A stretch of 64,000 nt of DNA from Camelus dromedarius (lineage: Eukaryota): positions 93,498,001-93,562,000 of the forward strand of contig NC_087436.1 of NCBI RefSeq assembly GCF_036321535.1, read 5' to 3'. Positions 63,583-64,000 of the stretch are shown here, in pieces. The position numbers were made by a program, and so were the translations under genes. A model generated the notes under the pieces. The model made no database searches and was not told where the DNA came from. It saw nothing but the letters and a program-made list of their open reading frames with translations. Numbering within the stretch: the stretch's first letter is position 1; each line of letters starts with the position of its first letter.

Positions 63583-64000
63583 CTGCAGTTTTTACCCCGT
63601 GGGGTAGAAGGTGGTAAGTGTCAGGAGAGGTACAGTGTGTCATGGGGAGTCAGAAGAGGGGAGGTGCATGACCTCCCTCTTTGGGGAGGAGGTTAGGAAA
63701 GTCCTCCTAGAGAAGGTGGCATTTGAGATTGACCTAAAAGAATGTCAGCTTTCACCAGAGAGGTGATGACTGGACAGAGGAAATACCAGGTTGAGAAAAT
63801 ATCATACACAAAGGTATGGAGGTGGGAAGGCTTGATGAGAGAACGTTTTCAGGAGGAAAGAAATTATCTACGTAGATGGACTGTGTTCTAATATAGCAAG
63901 ACAGTAGGACAAGGGCCGTAAAACTACAGGGTCATAGATGTTTTTTACCTCATATAATTTTAAACCTTAAATTCTGAAAGTTTTCACATACAGAAAAAAG

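Larger units (their letters stand above)
1..64000 (+). other. Probable intronic sequence of an unidentified + strand gene
   Basis: Inference: T-rich and G-rich + strand (many poly-T runs, TG repeats outnumber CA repeats), most L1 copies on the minus strand, no recognisable exon chain. Skew judged by eye, not computed. Confidence 0.55.

Noticed and set aside
1..64000. CRISPR array or other prokaryotic-type system
   Set aside because: The sequence is repeat-rich mammalian DNA with no regularly spaced direct repeats and no operon-like ORFs.

Overview
Mammalian genomic DNA, most likely camelid (alpaca, llama or camel). The assignment rests on two tRNA-derived SINEs resembling the camelid Vic-1 family, recognised from memory. 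I find no convincing protein-coding exon, RNA gene, CpG island or CRISPR-like structure. The ORFs with recognisable homology are transposon relics (L1 ORF2 and a hAT/Charlie transposase C-terminus); the rest look like chance frames. The window is a mosaic of ancient repeats (MIR, L2, L1M, MaLR/MLT1, ERVL and ERV1 solo LTRs, hAT and Tc2 DNA elements), younger L1s and SINEs with intact target-site duplications (TSDs), and unique AT-rich spacers. A T>A and G>C excess on the + strand (judged by eye) and mostly minus-strand L1s suggest a large intron of a + strand gene that I cannot identify. I do not see a new biological system. The best leads are modest: a chimeric L1 inside one TSD, two tail-less internal L1 ORF2 patches, CpG-rich old LTRs, a possible MER21-driven first exon and a frame-preserving 36-nt cassette-exon candidate. 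Subfamily names come from recalled consensus sequences, boundaries are approximate unless a TSD is given, and all need RepeatMasker/Dfam confirmation.
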